Assembly (NCBI RefSeq): GCF_009914755.1
Contig: NC_060928.1
From: the human T2T-CHM13v2.0 reference genome, Homo sapiens
Reading direction: 5' to 3' (one strand)
Length of the DNA stretch: 64,000 nt
This document shows positions 1-14,690 of this stretch, one piece after another. Made by a program: the position numbers and the translations under genes. Numbering within the stretch: the stretch's first letter is position 1; each line of letters begins with the position of its first letter. The notes beneath the pieces are model-generated. The model made no database searches and had not been told where the DNA came from. It saw only the letters and a program-made list of their open reading frames with translations.

Positions 1-934
1 CTGTCTTTCTATGGATAATTTACAGAGTTAGAAAATAGCTCAAAACACACAAAGGCTCTATAGAATCAGAAAACCAAACGAAGCCGGTAGACATTGAAGA
101 CTTCCAATATTTTTGGTCCATTTCAAAATCTTGTGCAACTTTTTATATGTATTTTTAAACCAAAGGGCAATAAGTGTCTTCTAGGAGCAACAAAGTTAAG
201 ATTTGTATTATCCAGTAATATGATAATATAGAAATATTGACATTCAGAGCCTTCCCAAATTCTTTGTCACAATTTTATGCCCTCCAAGGAAAACTCAGTG
301 TCAAGTGGTTATTGAGGGTAGCCTGTTTTGTTAATCAGGAGAATGTTCAAAGAGACAAATCGCAAGAATGAATTTAGAGCAACGTAAATTATAAAGATTC
401 TGCAAGGAGGCACAGAGGAGAAAGAGAAGCCAAGGAAATACAGGCTAAGGATTTTGAGAGAGAGTTTCAGAAGGAGAAAAAGAGTAGAGTAGTGACATTA
501 GGGACAGCTCCTGTGGTGTGAAGGTTTGAGGAGAGAGGTTTCAGGATGTTTTGCTGTGTTTCATTGCAAAGTAATTGTTTTCAGTGCAATTGTTTCAATT
601 CAATGGTTTCAATGCGATGCAATTTAATTAATCTTTTAGACTTTTTTTGAGAAATGTTATTAAAGCCAAATTACTTTGCTCTGTTATGTTTAGACTTGGA
701 ATTATATTTCTTTTAGATTCAACAACCAAGTTGTGGGTCTTGATCAGAAGGAAGCCTGGTGTGATTCTCGTTACAGTGACTTGCTGAGGAAATTTCATCA
801 GTGGAGTCTGATCAGATATAGTGTTGACACAAGCTGTATTTCTTTCTACTATTTCACTTTTAAGTAATACTTTTAGTAAAGGTTAGTTCACAAACCAGTG
901 ACATCCCAAATCTGTTTCTTTCTTCTATGATCTT

Positions 935-1645
<711 letters not shown>

Positions 1646-2010
1646 TTCATTCTGTCGTGCAACAAATGTTTAATGAGTGCTTGCTATAAAATACATCGTT
1701 AGGAAAAAAGGGGTCGATAAAATTGTGCTGAACTGAATATAATAAGGTAAAAATAAATGTATGTGAGTGTATGAGTGATGGGAACTGAGGGGACCATGCA
1801 TGACAGAGATATGAGTCAACTTTTCATGGGGAATTTGAGATTCTAGTTTGCCTGTCATCAGTCCTGAGGGTTTTGAATGCCAGACCAAAGCGAAGAGGAA
1901 GAGTCTCTGTAAAGCCATGGAAGCAGCATGAAAAACAATGAGCATGAGAAGAGTAGGAAGACCTGCCTGGTTGAATGGGAACATATTTTGGGAACGTGAA
2001 AAGAGCAGAA
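1646..2010 (-). mobile_element. L2 LINE 3' fragment
   Basis: Antisense L2 tail ttcattc...caacaaatgtttaatgagtgcttgcta followed by purine-rich L2-like sequence. Confidence 0.6.
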
Positions 2011-2251
2011 AAATAAGCACAATTTGTACCAATTGCAGTTGATGGCACTCCTTCTACGAGAGTACAGTAAATACACTGCAGAGTTTAAAAAGCCTAGAAA
2101 GACATGGAAAATAATAGTATACTTACTATATTTTGTTCAAATTAACAATGAGACCCATGGCTTTGAATTCAAAAGTGTTCTACCTAAAGAGATACTGGAG
2201 ACTGTAAAAAAAAGTATATAAAGCATATTACTAGAAATTGTGATTAAAGTT

Positions 2252-2788
2252 GTAGTGTTTTAAAATAGTTCTGCAAATTCTTTGACGGTCTTGCCTTGCA
2301 CAGGTGTTGCTTGCTTCCCCTCCCCTGGAATGTAGGTCAGACTTAATGATCTCTTTGGAACCACAGAATGTGGCAGAATTAGTATTCTATGACTTGCAAG
2401 GTTATCAACGGGATGTAGCTTCTGCCTGGTTTTTATTCCTGCATCACTGTCTCTGGGGGAAGCCAGCTTTCATGTTGTGAAGACATTCAAGCAACACTAT
2501 GGAAAAACCCACATAGTAGAACGGAGGCCGCCTGCTGGAAGCCAGTACCACCTTGTTAGCCATGTGAGTGAACCATCGAGTGGATCAGCCAGCCACAGTT
2601 AAGCCTGTAGGTGGCAGAAGCTTGGACCAACACCTTGACTGCAACCTCATCAACAACACCAAGCTAGAACCTCCCAGCCAGGCCATTTCTGAATTCCTGA
2701 CCCATGTAAAACTGTGTATTATAATCAGTGCTTATTACTTTAATGAGTTATGTGGTACTTATTTTTGCAGCAATAAATAACTAGTAAA
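2252..2788 (+). mobile_element. MaLR solo LTR (MLT1F-like)
   Basis: cagaatgtggcagaa, gggggaagccagc, cttgactgcaacctc and terminal gcagcaataaataactagta. Confidence 0.8.
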
Positions 2789-2859
2789 AGCATGTTATTT
2801 AAGGAGAAATTTATCCTATGTTTTCTGACCTTTCAGATATCCTGTAGGTACCTGAAGTG

Positions 2860-3250
2860 GCAAATGTTGGGATGAGGGTACTATCTTGGCAATAATGGTC
2901 TGGCAACATTGACAAAGGGATTGGATGGCCCACAGACAGACAACACTGAAAGGTGACAGGGTCTATTTTAGTCTTTCAAGGTAGAGGTGACCTGGAGAAA
3001 GGCAATGGCAGCAGAAATAGAGAAATAAAAGAGATGAAGCCTATAAATGCCAGGAATTATTCATTCAAAGACGATATCACATTTTTTGAGCTAGAGTGAC
3101 TAATTGGTGCTGCCTTAGAGAAAAATTTTTAGGTGCTTAGGAAGAGAGGTTCGATTTTAGACAGTGAAATTTAGGGTAACAGATGTCTTGAGGCTGGAAA
3201 AGGGGCAAAGAGTTTGTGTTGATGTAAACTGAACTTTGATGTAATTGTCA
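2860..3250 (-). mobile_element. L2 fragment
   Basis: Degenerate antisense L2 motifs (gagctagagtgactaattggtgctgcc, gaggttcgattttagacagtgaaattt). Confidence 0.45.
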
Positions 3251-3531
3251 AGAGGCTTTCTTGGGAGGGGTTTGTTGATATTTACTAAAAATAGCAGGAA
3301 AGCAAACTTTTAGATAGTGAGGGCCATTGATCAATATTTGGCCAGTGAGTTGGTTTGCTTATGAAACCCTGGAATCAATAATGATGGAAAATCTACCCAT
3401 GAACCTTTGGCTGATGGTTCTCAACAATGTTACAGAAAGTAAATGAAGTTCTATACCACTGATATTAACAGAAACAGTGAAGACCAAAGAAAATGTCTTT
3501 CCTCAGTTCCTGTTAATAAGGAGTCAGAGTT

Positions 3532-3880
<349 letters not shown>

Positions 3881-4859
3881 CTATTTCATTCACATTAAGT
3901 AGTTAAAATCTTGCCCTCTGTTCATTCATTTTCATCATAAAGCTCCTTCTAGCATCCTCATCAAAGGAGGAAGAGGAAGAGCTACAGTGTACTGAAACAA
4001 ATTATCCCCACGTATGGGGCACTTGACATACTCAATTTCTCTTAGCTCTGAAGTACTCTACCATGTAAGAAAGGGATGCTTACCCTCACTCACAAATCAG
4101 AAAATGAAGTGTAAGAGAAATGAATTGTCCAGAGCCTGGATTGGAAACACTCAAGCCTCTAGTCTAACCATTTTGTAGCTCTTTGACAGCTGCTTATCAT
4201 ACACACAACCAACAGTCATTCTCCCCTTTGTTCCTGCTCATACCATGTTCTTACCTAACCTGCTGCTTGAAAACCTGCGATCCCATTGCATCTCATGAAA
4301 AAGCCCTCTGATCCTTTCCATGGATTCCACATGGATTCCCTTTCCAAGCTTTCTCCACATTCTTCCTTCTTTCTTGAAGATTTCTGCTACCTCAGTTCCT
4401 CACAGAAATTCATCTGACCTCTAAATTAAGAGTTGGTGACACATGGCTTGGCAGTGAAGAACTCTGGATTAGCCATTTATTAGTACTTTGGTTAATTGAC
4501 TTGACTGTCTTCTGGAAAACAGGGAGAGACCATAACTTATGCTGCTGTGAATTTCTTCATACCTTGCTGATTACTGGCAATCAATTGCTTTTATATGTGT
4601 ATTTGATTTTAAAAGATCCAAACTTGAAATTATGCTCAGAACCATCTCATTTGTTTCTATGATATGTAGATGCCTTTTAAATCTGTCTATAGCCTCATAC
4701 TGGGTTTTATTTCCAGAAACTCCACCAGCTTTCTTGGTTAACAAAATTTTCCACAATGGTGCATGTCTTTTATATTTCTATGTTAATTTTATATGGTGTT
4801 CTGCTACTTTTAACATGACTTTTCTCCATTATTCCCTGGAAAACTGCATCCTTTAAGAT

Positions 4860-5452
4860 TGTAGGTCATGCTGACATTGGTATACAAGCATTCCTCTATC
4901 CCTTTTCCATTCATGTAGCTACTCTGTGTTTAGATAGGAGTGAACATGACACATTGCCTCAGGGGGAGCTTCACTGCTATAAGCCAGAGAACACTGATAT
5001 ATCTCCTTGCCCCAGGGTTATGTGCAGGACTGGCAAGTAGCCCATATATATGTCGATTCACTGATGGCATTTCCTCGCTACAATAACTGGTTACAGAATT
5101 GGCAGGGGCCTCAGGTGGTCAAGTTAGACTAACCATCATATTTTTATTTGGTTGTTAGGGGGAGGCTATCTCTTGATGTAGACAAAGTGGCATTAGGGTA
5201 AGTAGATGTGAGACGTGGTACTGACAGAACCATTTCCAAGCTCTGAGCTAAGCTAGGCTGAGGTTGGAACTGCCACATGGAAAAGGCCAGACTCAGGAAA
5301 TTCATCGAGAAATGGCCATGGAACTTTGATCCCTAGCCCTGAAGTCTGCTTTACCTCTGGGTGTTTTTAGCTACATGAACCAATAAATGCTTTTAATTGC
5401 TTAAACCTAATTGAGTTGAGTTTTCCATTACTTGTAACTGAAAGCACCTTAA
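4860..5452 (+). mobile_element. Old MaLR LTR (MLT1J/K-like)
   Basis: 3' end acatgaaccaataaatgcttttaattgcttaaacctaattgagttgagttttccattacttgtaactgaaagc is typical of old MLT1 LTRs. Confidence 0.7.
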
Positions 5453-5479
5453 AAAAATCCAGATAAAATTTAACTCCCT

Positions 5480-5730
5480 TTGTAAAGCCCTCTCAAATCT
5501 CTACAGGCAGGTCAGTTTACTGACCCTTCTTTTCTTCCCCATAACTTTGCTCATACAGCACTCATCCCATTGGAAGTGTTGCACTGCAATGAACTGTTTT
5601 ATAATCTGTTTTTCCAGCACACTATGAGTTCAGTAAGAACAGGAACTAGATCCCATTCAGCGTCACATCCCTAGAGTGTTACACATTGCCCAGTTCTTTT
5701 AGGAGGCATCAATAAAGGAAGGAATGAATC
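5480..5730 (+). mobile_element. L2 3' end
   Basis: cactatgagttc...cattgcccag...caataaaggaaggaatgaat L2 tail. Confidence 0.6.
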
Positions 5731-5967
5731 TTCAGCTCCTTTACCCTGGTTCTTATTTCAGTCCCTGACAAGAACCCAGATATTCAACAGCTGAGGAAAG
5801 TTAGAGTTTACGTAGTGTCTGAACTGTTGTATTGCAGTCTGCAGCAGTTCAACCTATTTATCACAGGGTTATTAGTCTTTCCCCCAAACCACTTTTAACC
5901 AAGTCCCATTACACTCCAAGTCCTTCTGAAATTACTTACAGCTTCTGCAGAATAGACCATTTTTATG

Positions 5968-6315
5968 TCCATTCATTTATTTACTCAGCAAATATTTATC
6001 CTGCGCCTACCTGTGTCAGTCAGTAGTGTAAACACACAACATTAACGAAAAAATCTTGGCCTTACATTCTAGCAGAGGAAGTTATAAACAAAATCTATAA
6101 GTAAATATAGAGTAGGTTAGATGATGATATGTTCTATGAAAAAAAAAGCAGCGAAGTGAAACAGAAAGTACTAGAGGTGGTTTTATTGCAATTATAGGCA
6201 GAGAGGTCAGGACAGTCTCAATGAGATGGTGACAACTAAAGAAGGTAATGGAGATGTATACATATCTTAGAGAAAAAAAGTATTCAGAGAGAGTAAACAT
6301 AAAGTGCAAAGACTA
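5968..6315 (-). mobile_element. L2 fragment (resumes at about 7800-8010 after nested insertions)
   Basis: cattcatttatttactcagcaaatatttatcctgcgcctac antisense L2 tail; breaks at gtgcaaagac and resumes at aacaaagaccctgg. Confidence 0.75.
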
Positions 6316-6793
6316 CCAGACATATAAAACAATGTCCATAGTCATTAATCGTCAGGAAAATGCAAAACAAAATCACAATGACTTATCACCTCACATGTAT
6401 CAGGATGGCTATTATGACAGAAAACAAAAGACAAGTGTTGACAAAGGTGTGGAGAAATTGAAACCCTCTCAGGCTCCTGTGGAAATACCACTGAGAGAGC
6501 AGTTGCTATGATAAACATTATGGAAGAACCACCAAAAATTAAAACTAGAACTACCATATGATACAGCAATTCACTTCTGGGTATTTATCCAAAATAATTG
6601 AAATAGGATCTTAAAGACATATTAGCACTCCCATGTTCATTGCAGCACTATTCACAATAGCCAAGAGGTGAAAACAATCTAAGTGTCCATCAATAGATGA
6701 ATAGGTAAAGAAAATGTGGTACATACAATGGAATATTATTGAATCTTTAAAATGGAGATTCTATAATTTGTGACAACCTGAATGAATCTTTAA

Positions 6794-7148
6794 TTTTTTT
6801 TCTTTTTTGAATATTTAATTTTTATGGGCACATGGTGTATATATTTATGGGGAACATGAGATATTTTGATACGGGCATACAATGCAAAATAATTACACCA
6901 GGGTAAATGGGGTATTCACCTCCTCAAGCATTCATCATTTCTTTTTTTTATGATCATTCTAATTGTACTGTCTCAGTTGTTCTAAAAGGTAAAACAAATT
7001 ATCGCTGACTATAGTCACCCTGTTGTGCTATCAAATGCTAGATCTTATTCATTCTACCTAACTATATTTTTGTACCCATTAACCATCCCCATTCCCCCCC
7101 AGTCCCCACTACCCTTCCCAGCCTCTGGTAATGATAATTCTACTCTAT
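6794..7148 (-). mobile_element. L1MA (L1MA2/3-like) 3' end nested in the older L1
   Basis: Poly-T then tatatttatggggaacatgagatattttgatac...atagtcaccctgttgtgctatcaaat. Confidence 0.85.
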
Positions 7149-7442
7149 TTGAAGGAGTCTTAGGACATTATATAAGTGAAGAAATACAGTTACAGAAAGA
7201 CAAATACTGCATGATTCCACTTATATGTGGGTACCTAGAGTAATCACATTCATAGAATCAAAGAGTGGAATGAATGGTGGTTGCCAGGGGCTGGAGGAAG
7301 GAGAAAATGAGGAGCTACTTTCTGTCCATGGACAGAAAGAGTCAGTAAAAATGAATAAGCTTTAGAGATCTGTTGTACAACATTGTGCCTTTAGTAAATA
7401 ATATTGCACAACTAAATATTGCATATTTAAAAAGGTAAGGGA

Positions 7443-7728
<286 letters not shown>

Positions 7729-7799
7729 TAAAAAGGTAAGAGAGTAGTTCTCATTTTAAATGGTCTCACTACACACACACGTACAAACACAAATGGACA

Positions 7800-8010
7800 C
7801 AAAACAAAGACCCTGGATGGAGCACCTGGTGTGGGAGAGGAAAAACCAGGCTGGAGAGAGGCTGGAGCAGAGTGAATGAAGAGGAGATGGGTGGGAAAGA
7901 TATGGGATGATAATATCAGAGAGATAAAGCAGGTCAGTAAACCACTGAACTCTTCCGACGTAGGCATTTTAATCACGGTAAAATGAGAAGCTTCTGTAAA
8001 GATTTCACAG
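7800..8010 (-). mobile_element. L2 fragment, continuation of 5968-6315
   Basis: caaagaccctgg...ggctggagcagagtgaatgaag...gagataaagcagg L2 motifs. Confidence 0.65.
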
Positions 8011-9273
8011 ACAACACAGGATGACAGTCTCACCATCAGAAGGCTGGAAGGCACAGCCATGTGCATTATTCTGGGGCTAAGAAAAGCAGTTGCTTTAGCT
8101 CCACATAGGGAGGTTTTATTTAATTAGGATTTGAAAGTCATATCAAGTGGCTCTATTTCTTTCTAACAAAGCCCAATGTATTTAATTCCTATAAATATTT
8201 TAGCTAACCTGTCAGTCACATACTTTTTAATATAAGGGTAGTGGCACATAAGTGAAAATGGAATACACAAAGAGTTTCAAATTATGTGTAACTTGGTAGA
8301 GGGATTAGGAGGCATCTTGTAAAGATGTGGCATGTCTAGTGTTTCACTTTGTTTTCCCTAAGAGAAGACTGAGTAATAGAACCACCTTTTTATTTTCTCC
8401 TTCTGCAGGCCTGCTGCCTGTGATTGATAGCTATTAAATTAGGTTTTACCTCCCCAGATTGGTCCAGATTAAATACACTTATAGCACAGCAAGCCACTGA
8501 GAACAAAGGAACAAGTGGCAATTACTTTGTCTATTTTGGTCTTCTTCATAGTTAACCATCATTTAAGCATTCAAAGGAAAATGGTTGGAAGACAGGAACG
8601 AAAGGAAAATGAATGAAATGAGAATTAAACACATTTCATTGTAAGTTCCTCAAATTTATAAATATAAGCTTGCACACAAGCATATTTCTTAAGAGAACTG
8701 ACTTCAAATGCAGAAGCAAAAGAGGAATCTCCTGGAATACATAAGTTTATTGAGGTGATTTGTAGTATAACCATCTTTCCTGACCTATCATGGGACTATA
8801 TGTCAGTCATATTTGAAAAGAATTTATTTGGGAAGAATTCCACTTGTTCAGGACTCAGACAGAAGACAGAATCACATGCTTCCTAGACAGTGATGCCAAG
8901 GTTATTACTTTGAAATGAGTAGGGTCAAAGTCATGCTGATGAGAGAAAAATGCTTTTCTCATGTGAAATTGTGTTCTCTTAAAGATAAATAAATGAAATC
9001 ATATTTGCTGTTTCAAAGTGTTTGCCTTCCGTGTTTTGTAAGGAAATGATGGCAGCCTCCACTCTTGGAAAATCGAACTGGGATTGTAGCACCCATCATT
9101 CTTCTCTTTCTCAAGAGATCAGGGTCTTCACTCCCTCTCACTCTATGAAGCCAGTAAAGTGTAGACATAGGGAATCCATATTTCACATACTGCCCAAACA
9201 TAAGGTCGTGCAGAGCACAAGAAAAGAGAGAGACTGTATTTCCATCACATGTTGGAAAATTATGTTTCTTGAG

Positions 9274-9325
9274 GTGTGTGTGTGTGTGTGTGTCTGTTTG
9301 TCTGTGAGTTAGTGTGTCTGTGTGC
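9274..9325. repeat. Imperfect (TG)n microsatellite
   Basis: Direct inspection. Confidence 0.9.
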
Positions 9326-10346
9326 TTAGTGGGTCCAGGGATGCACCAGATAAGGGACTTAGGTAAAGGTGGTAAGAAGATTAAAAAAAATAAAATAAAA
9401 AATAAAAAATAAAAAAACATCAAGAGGAAAATCTGTGTGGTTATGTCTGAGGGTCTCGTGTGTGAATTTCCTCCCGTTTTGTGGCATTAAAAATGAGTTA
9501 GTTAAATAAAGTAGCATTTGCAAGTTCTTCTCCTCTGTTCTATTTTCAGAAAGGGTCAGAGGAAGCTCATGATCTCCTGGAGAGACTCAATCAGAGCTGG
9601 ATCTGGCTGGGAGGTCACATTGGCCCACCCGATGTTTGTTACTCAAGGGAGAGAATGCTCCAGAGAGCACGGTGTTTTTAGCATGAGATGTCATGAAGTA
9701 GTCCTCGGATTTTTCTCCCTTTGTGGGGCAGAAAGTAGAGCTTTGCCATATTTGCTCACAGATAATAAGGGACATATAGAACAATAAAGAATTCCACTTC
9801 TACAGTAGATCTTGGGACATCAGCTAGGGTAGGAGTCACTGTGCCAGGACATACACTTCTGGGATTGCCTCTCCTTCCCAGAAATGTGTTTCTCAGTTTG
9901 GCCTAAGTTGGACATTGTATCAGTTGAATGGAAGTAAGTATTTAAAGGGAATGCAGAAGCAAGATCCAATGCTCTATAATGTTGGATTGATCTATGTTTT
10001 GGGGGCCTCCATGCAGAAACTCAAATAGTAGAACAAAGGAATTACTCTAGAAAGCAGAATGTGTGTGTCCAGCCTTGATTTCTGTAGCCAGATAACTTAA
10101 GTCTGAAACTGTGAAGGCTCTGTGATGATAACTATCTATTTGTCTATCGATCTACACACACACTCTCTCCCTCTCTCTCTCTCTCTCTAACAGGGACATA
10201 AGACTTCTGGATCATGGATCAGACTATTTAGTCACAGAGCAGCCTGCATCCGTGCCTTATGCCCAAACACCTCCCGGGCAGTGCAGTAAGAACCAGATCT
10301 CCCTGTGCATATAATAGGTATTGTACCATTAAAAAAGGAACCCCAG

Positions 10347-10534
<188 letters not shown>

Positions 10535-11353
10535 TTATGAAACACAGAGATTATATAGGGTGCTTTTCCATCTGTCCCTGCATCGCTCTGGAGAGATATA
10601 AAGAGACTTTTGCTATGCAATTTTAAAAAATCATCTTTTGGGAGGGAAGAAAGAAGGTCTTTCCTCCAACATCCTGCCATGTAAGCAAATGTCTTCAGGG
10701 GAGAGAGGAAGTGTCTATGTCTCCGAAGCTCTCTGCCTTTACACTTTTGGACAGTTGGGGCCATTACAGTTGTCCGTCAATCACCCTTTAACCTGGGTGC
10801 TGATGTTCTTTGCTCAGAAGGCTCCAATCATACAGAAACATGAAAATATTCATAAAGAGTTGTTTCCCTACAAGAGCCAGATAATAATTCATCTCTTCAG
10901 AGTGTGGTTGTAAAGTAGAATGAGATTATTCAGGGATGGAGATAAGAAGTAATGAAAATCAAGGACCAGTCAAGGAATAGAGAAAGTATGTAATTCCTTC
11001 AGCCTCTAAGTGGAAGTAGCTTTGCCTATGTAGGGCCTTCTACTCGGGAGTTTTCACCTGTCCTCCATAATGCACTATGCATGGAATACGAATCAAGGTT
11101 GATGCATCCTTCTGCTGCAGTTGCCATTCTGCCATATTATATTTTCCTGTTTTCCATGCTTCATTGAGATTGAAACTTTCCTATTTATGACTATAGTCCA
11201 AGCTCTAGCATCAAGCATGGTACTTGGAATGTGAAGCATGTTTAATAAAATAATGACCTATGTGTTATTCCCTTCCATCCCAAACAATAGCTTCCTAGCT
11301 GGTTTCCTAGTGCATATTCCTAACTTTCATTATGTGATATATACACCAGGAAA

Positions 11354-11417
11354 ATGATGATGATGATGATGACAACGATGATGATGGTGATGGTGATTTT
11401 GGTGGAGGAGGTGGAGA
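11354..11417. repeat. (ATG)n/(GGT)n low-complexity trinucleotide repeat
   Basis: atgatgatgatgatgatgacaacgatgatgatggtgatggtg. Confidence 0.85.
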
Positions 11418-11419
11418 TT

Positions 11420-11640
11420 ATTGAGTTAGGGAGGCCAAATTTAATATCGCCTCTATTATTAAGCTACTTGATTTTCAAAGGTGTTGCTTCTCCACCTATA
11501 ACATAAATAATAATATCAATTATATTTAATACAGTAATATCTATCTTAAAATAACTAAATAAAATTATGTAGGTACAGTACTTAGTATGGTGCCTAGTGC
11601 CCAGCAGGGTTGAAAAATGATTAGTGACTGTTATTTATCA
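11420..11640 (+). mobile_element. MIR
   Basis: acctataacataaataataata, gtacttagtatggtgcctagtgcccagcagg. Confidence 0.55.
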
Positions 11641-12269
11641 TTGTTGATTTTCTTTTTAAAAAGCAGTAAAGCATAGGAGGAAAAGTAAGGAGAGGGAGGA
11701 AAATATTGAGTTTTTTTAGGTTAATTCTATTAGGCTTTGCTCCCTGCCAAGTCATTGTTATAAACAATCCAAGGAGAGAAGGAATGTGTAGAAGAGATTT
11801 AGGAAAGAATATTATGAGACCAAATCCTCCAAATGAATCCCAGTCCATGCAGAAATTGTACTGGCGACAGCTGTTAGATTTGGGCAGAGACTAATGAAGA
11901 ATTATAAAGGAGGTATAATGCTGATTTTAATTCTGAATTTGCACAGGGGTCATTCCAACGTCAAAAATAATTATAAACAAAGAGATTTCAGTTGTAGTTT
12001 TGACACTGTGCAAGAGCTAGGTCAGACCTCTCATGAGGGCTACAGCCTCCCTTATCTCTATTTTTACAATCTGTTCTATGTATCCTCACGAAATAGACAG
12101 ACACTGTATACCTACTTGTCAATGTTGGTGAAATGTCCTAAGTTCCACTGAAAAAAACATATCAAAATATTAGCATTACTAAGGAATGCATTGCACTGGA
12201 TATCTTATTTCTTTTTCTAATTCAACTGTAAAACACAAAATTAAAATGGCGAAATAATGTTCTTTGAAT

Positions 12270-12680
12270 ATCTTTGTATCCCTACATTTCTCCCCCTCCC
12301 ACTGCCACCTCTGTACTTCACTGCAATCTAGGCTGTCATCATCTTGTTTATGAACTGCTGTAATAGCTGCCTACAGGGTTTTCTCTCTCCTGTTTTGTTC
12401 TGTCCCCTGCCTCCAGTTAATCTATTGTCCACAGCAGTCAGTACGATACATACATCAGATAAATCAATATCTTGCTGAAAAGCATTCAATATCTTCCTAT
12501 TAGGGAGATTCAAAACCCTCAACATTGCATAGATCTTCCAGTTCCTACTCTGATTTCTTTGCAGTGTTCTTTATCATTTCCTGACACTCTACCCTCTGTT
12601 TCATACATCTTTCCCACTCTGGAATATGCAGTTTCTTCTAAGTGGAATAACTGCTATTCAATTTTAAGACCTTACCTTCT
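12270..12680 (+). mobile_element. L2 fragment
   Basis: cccactgccacc...ctaggctgtcatcatcttg...ctgctgtaatagc...tctattgtccacagcag. Confidence 0.7.
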
Positions 12681-12683
12681 GTG

Positions 12684-13857
12684 AAACTACTAGAAGAAAA
12701 CATAGGTAAAAGCTTCTCGACATTGATCTGAGCAAACTTTTTGATATAATCTCAAAAGCAAAGGCAACAAGCAAAAGCAGATAAATAAGATTAATTTAAA
12801 CCAAAAAGCTTCTGTACAGGAAAGGAAACAATCAACAGAGTGAGTGAAGAGACAGCCTATGAAATGGGAGAAAATATTTGCAAACCATTTGATAAGGGGT
12901 TAATATCACAAATATATAAGAAATTGAAGTAGTTCCATGGCAAGATAACAAAAAGCATGATCATATAAAGAGCAAAGAACCTAAATAGACATTTCTTTAA
13001 AGAAGACATACAAATGGCCAACGGGCATATGAAATGCTCATCATCACTAATCATTAGGAAATGCAAATCAAAACCACAATAATATATCACTTCACACCTG
13101 TTAAAATGGCTATTATCAAAAAGAGAAAAGATAGCTAGTGTTGGTGAGGATGTAGAGAAGAGGGAACACTTGCACACTGTTGGTGGGAATGTAAAATGGA
13201 AAACAGTATGAAGAATCCTCAAAAAGTTAAAAATAGAACTATCACATGATCCAGCAATCTCATTTCTGGGTATATATCCATAGGAAAAAAATCAGTATGT
13301 TGAAGAGATATCTGCACTCTCATGTTCATGGTAGCATTAGTCACAATAGCCAGGATTTGAAAACAATCCAATTATCCATGGATGGATAAATGGATAAAGA
13401 AAATGTGGTATATATACACAATGCAATATTACTGAGCCTTTAAAAAGGAGGAAATCCTCTCATTTGTGATAATATGAATGAACCTAGAAGATATTGTGCT
13501 AAGTGAATTAAGCCAAGCACAGAAAGACAAATACTGCATGATCTCACTTATATGTAGAATCATAAAAAGTTGAACTCACACAAGAAAACTGTAGAATGGT
13601 GGTTGCTAGGGGCTGGGGTGGGGATGGAAAGCTATTGGTCAAAGGATAACATTTCAGTTAAGATAAATAAGTTCTGAATATCTTATGTGACCATACTTAA
13701 GAATATTGTATTATATATTTGAAAATTGCTAAAAAGACCATAAATGTTCTAACCACAAATACACAAAAAGATAAATATGAGGTGATAGATATTTTAATTA
13801 GCTTGATTGTGTTAATTATTTCAAAGTGTATACATATATCAAAACATCACCTCTATA
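12684..13857 (+). mobile_element. 5'-truncated L1MA (L1MA8/9-like)
   Basis: aaactactagaagaaaacatagg through ORF2 C-terminal sequence and 3' UTR (gcttgattgtgttaattatttcaaagtgtatacatatatcaaaacatcac). Confidence 0.9.
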
Positions 13858-14195
13858 TGAGAAGTCACTCTTCATTCTGGATCAATATAGGACCTACTGA
13901 AACTGTCATTTCCTCCATCAGAATTCATATTTCTTCTATCATATTACTTTTTTCAATATTATCTGTAGTCTCTGATACACTAACAATATCAGTTATTTGC
14001 ACCTAACCTCTCTGTTCTATGAGACATATCTCTGTTACAGAAAAATTGGAAGGAATGAAAAGAGAAAGAGATGATATTTAGCATTTTGTTTCATAAACAC
14101 TAACTTGAAGCTCACAGCCTGCACACAATCATGAAAACCAAGATGCCGAAATTACAGACAGAAGTATTTTATATTATAAAATTTCTGCAGCCTAC

Positions 14196-14498
14196 TTTTT
14201 TTTTTTTTTTTTGAGACGGAGTCTCGCTTTGTCGCCCAGGCTGGAGTGCAGTGCAGTGGCTCAATCTCGGCTCACTGCAACCTCCGCCTCCTGGGTTCAA
14301 GCCATTCTCCTGCCTCGGCCTCCTGAGTAGCTGGAATTACAGGTGCCTGCAACTATGCCTGGCTGATTTTTGTGTTTTTAGTAGAGATGGGGTTTCACCA
14401 TGTTGGCCAGGCTGGTCTCCAACTCCTGACCTCACGTGATCTGCCCTCTTCGCCTCCCAAAGTGCTCAGATTACGGGCGTGAGCCACCGAGCCTGGCC
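14196..14498 (-). mobile_element. Alu (AluS-like)
   Basis: Full antisense Alu with a 5-bp internal duplication gtgcagtgcagtgg. Confidence 0.96.
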
Positions 14499-14648
14499 CA
14501 CTTACCTTTTTAACAAGCCATAGGATAGAGATGATTGGCAAGATTGCTTTAAGGGAAGATCTCATAAAGCAATCTTGGGGGTGATGCTTCAAGTGAGAGA
14601 AAGCAAGGATGGTCACAACATTGAAGTAGTTGGGGGAAACATCGTTTA

Positions 14649-14651
14649 TGT

Positions 14652-14690
<39 letters not shown>
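14649..14690. repeat. (TG)n microsatellite
   Basis: Direct inspection. Confidence 0.95.

Noticed and set aside
555-632. Degenerate caattgtttcaat-like repeats
   Set aside because: A few short irregular units with no spacers; consistent with slippage, not an array.
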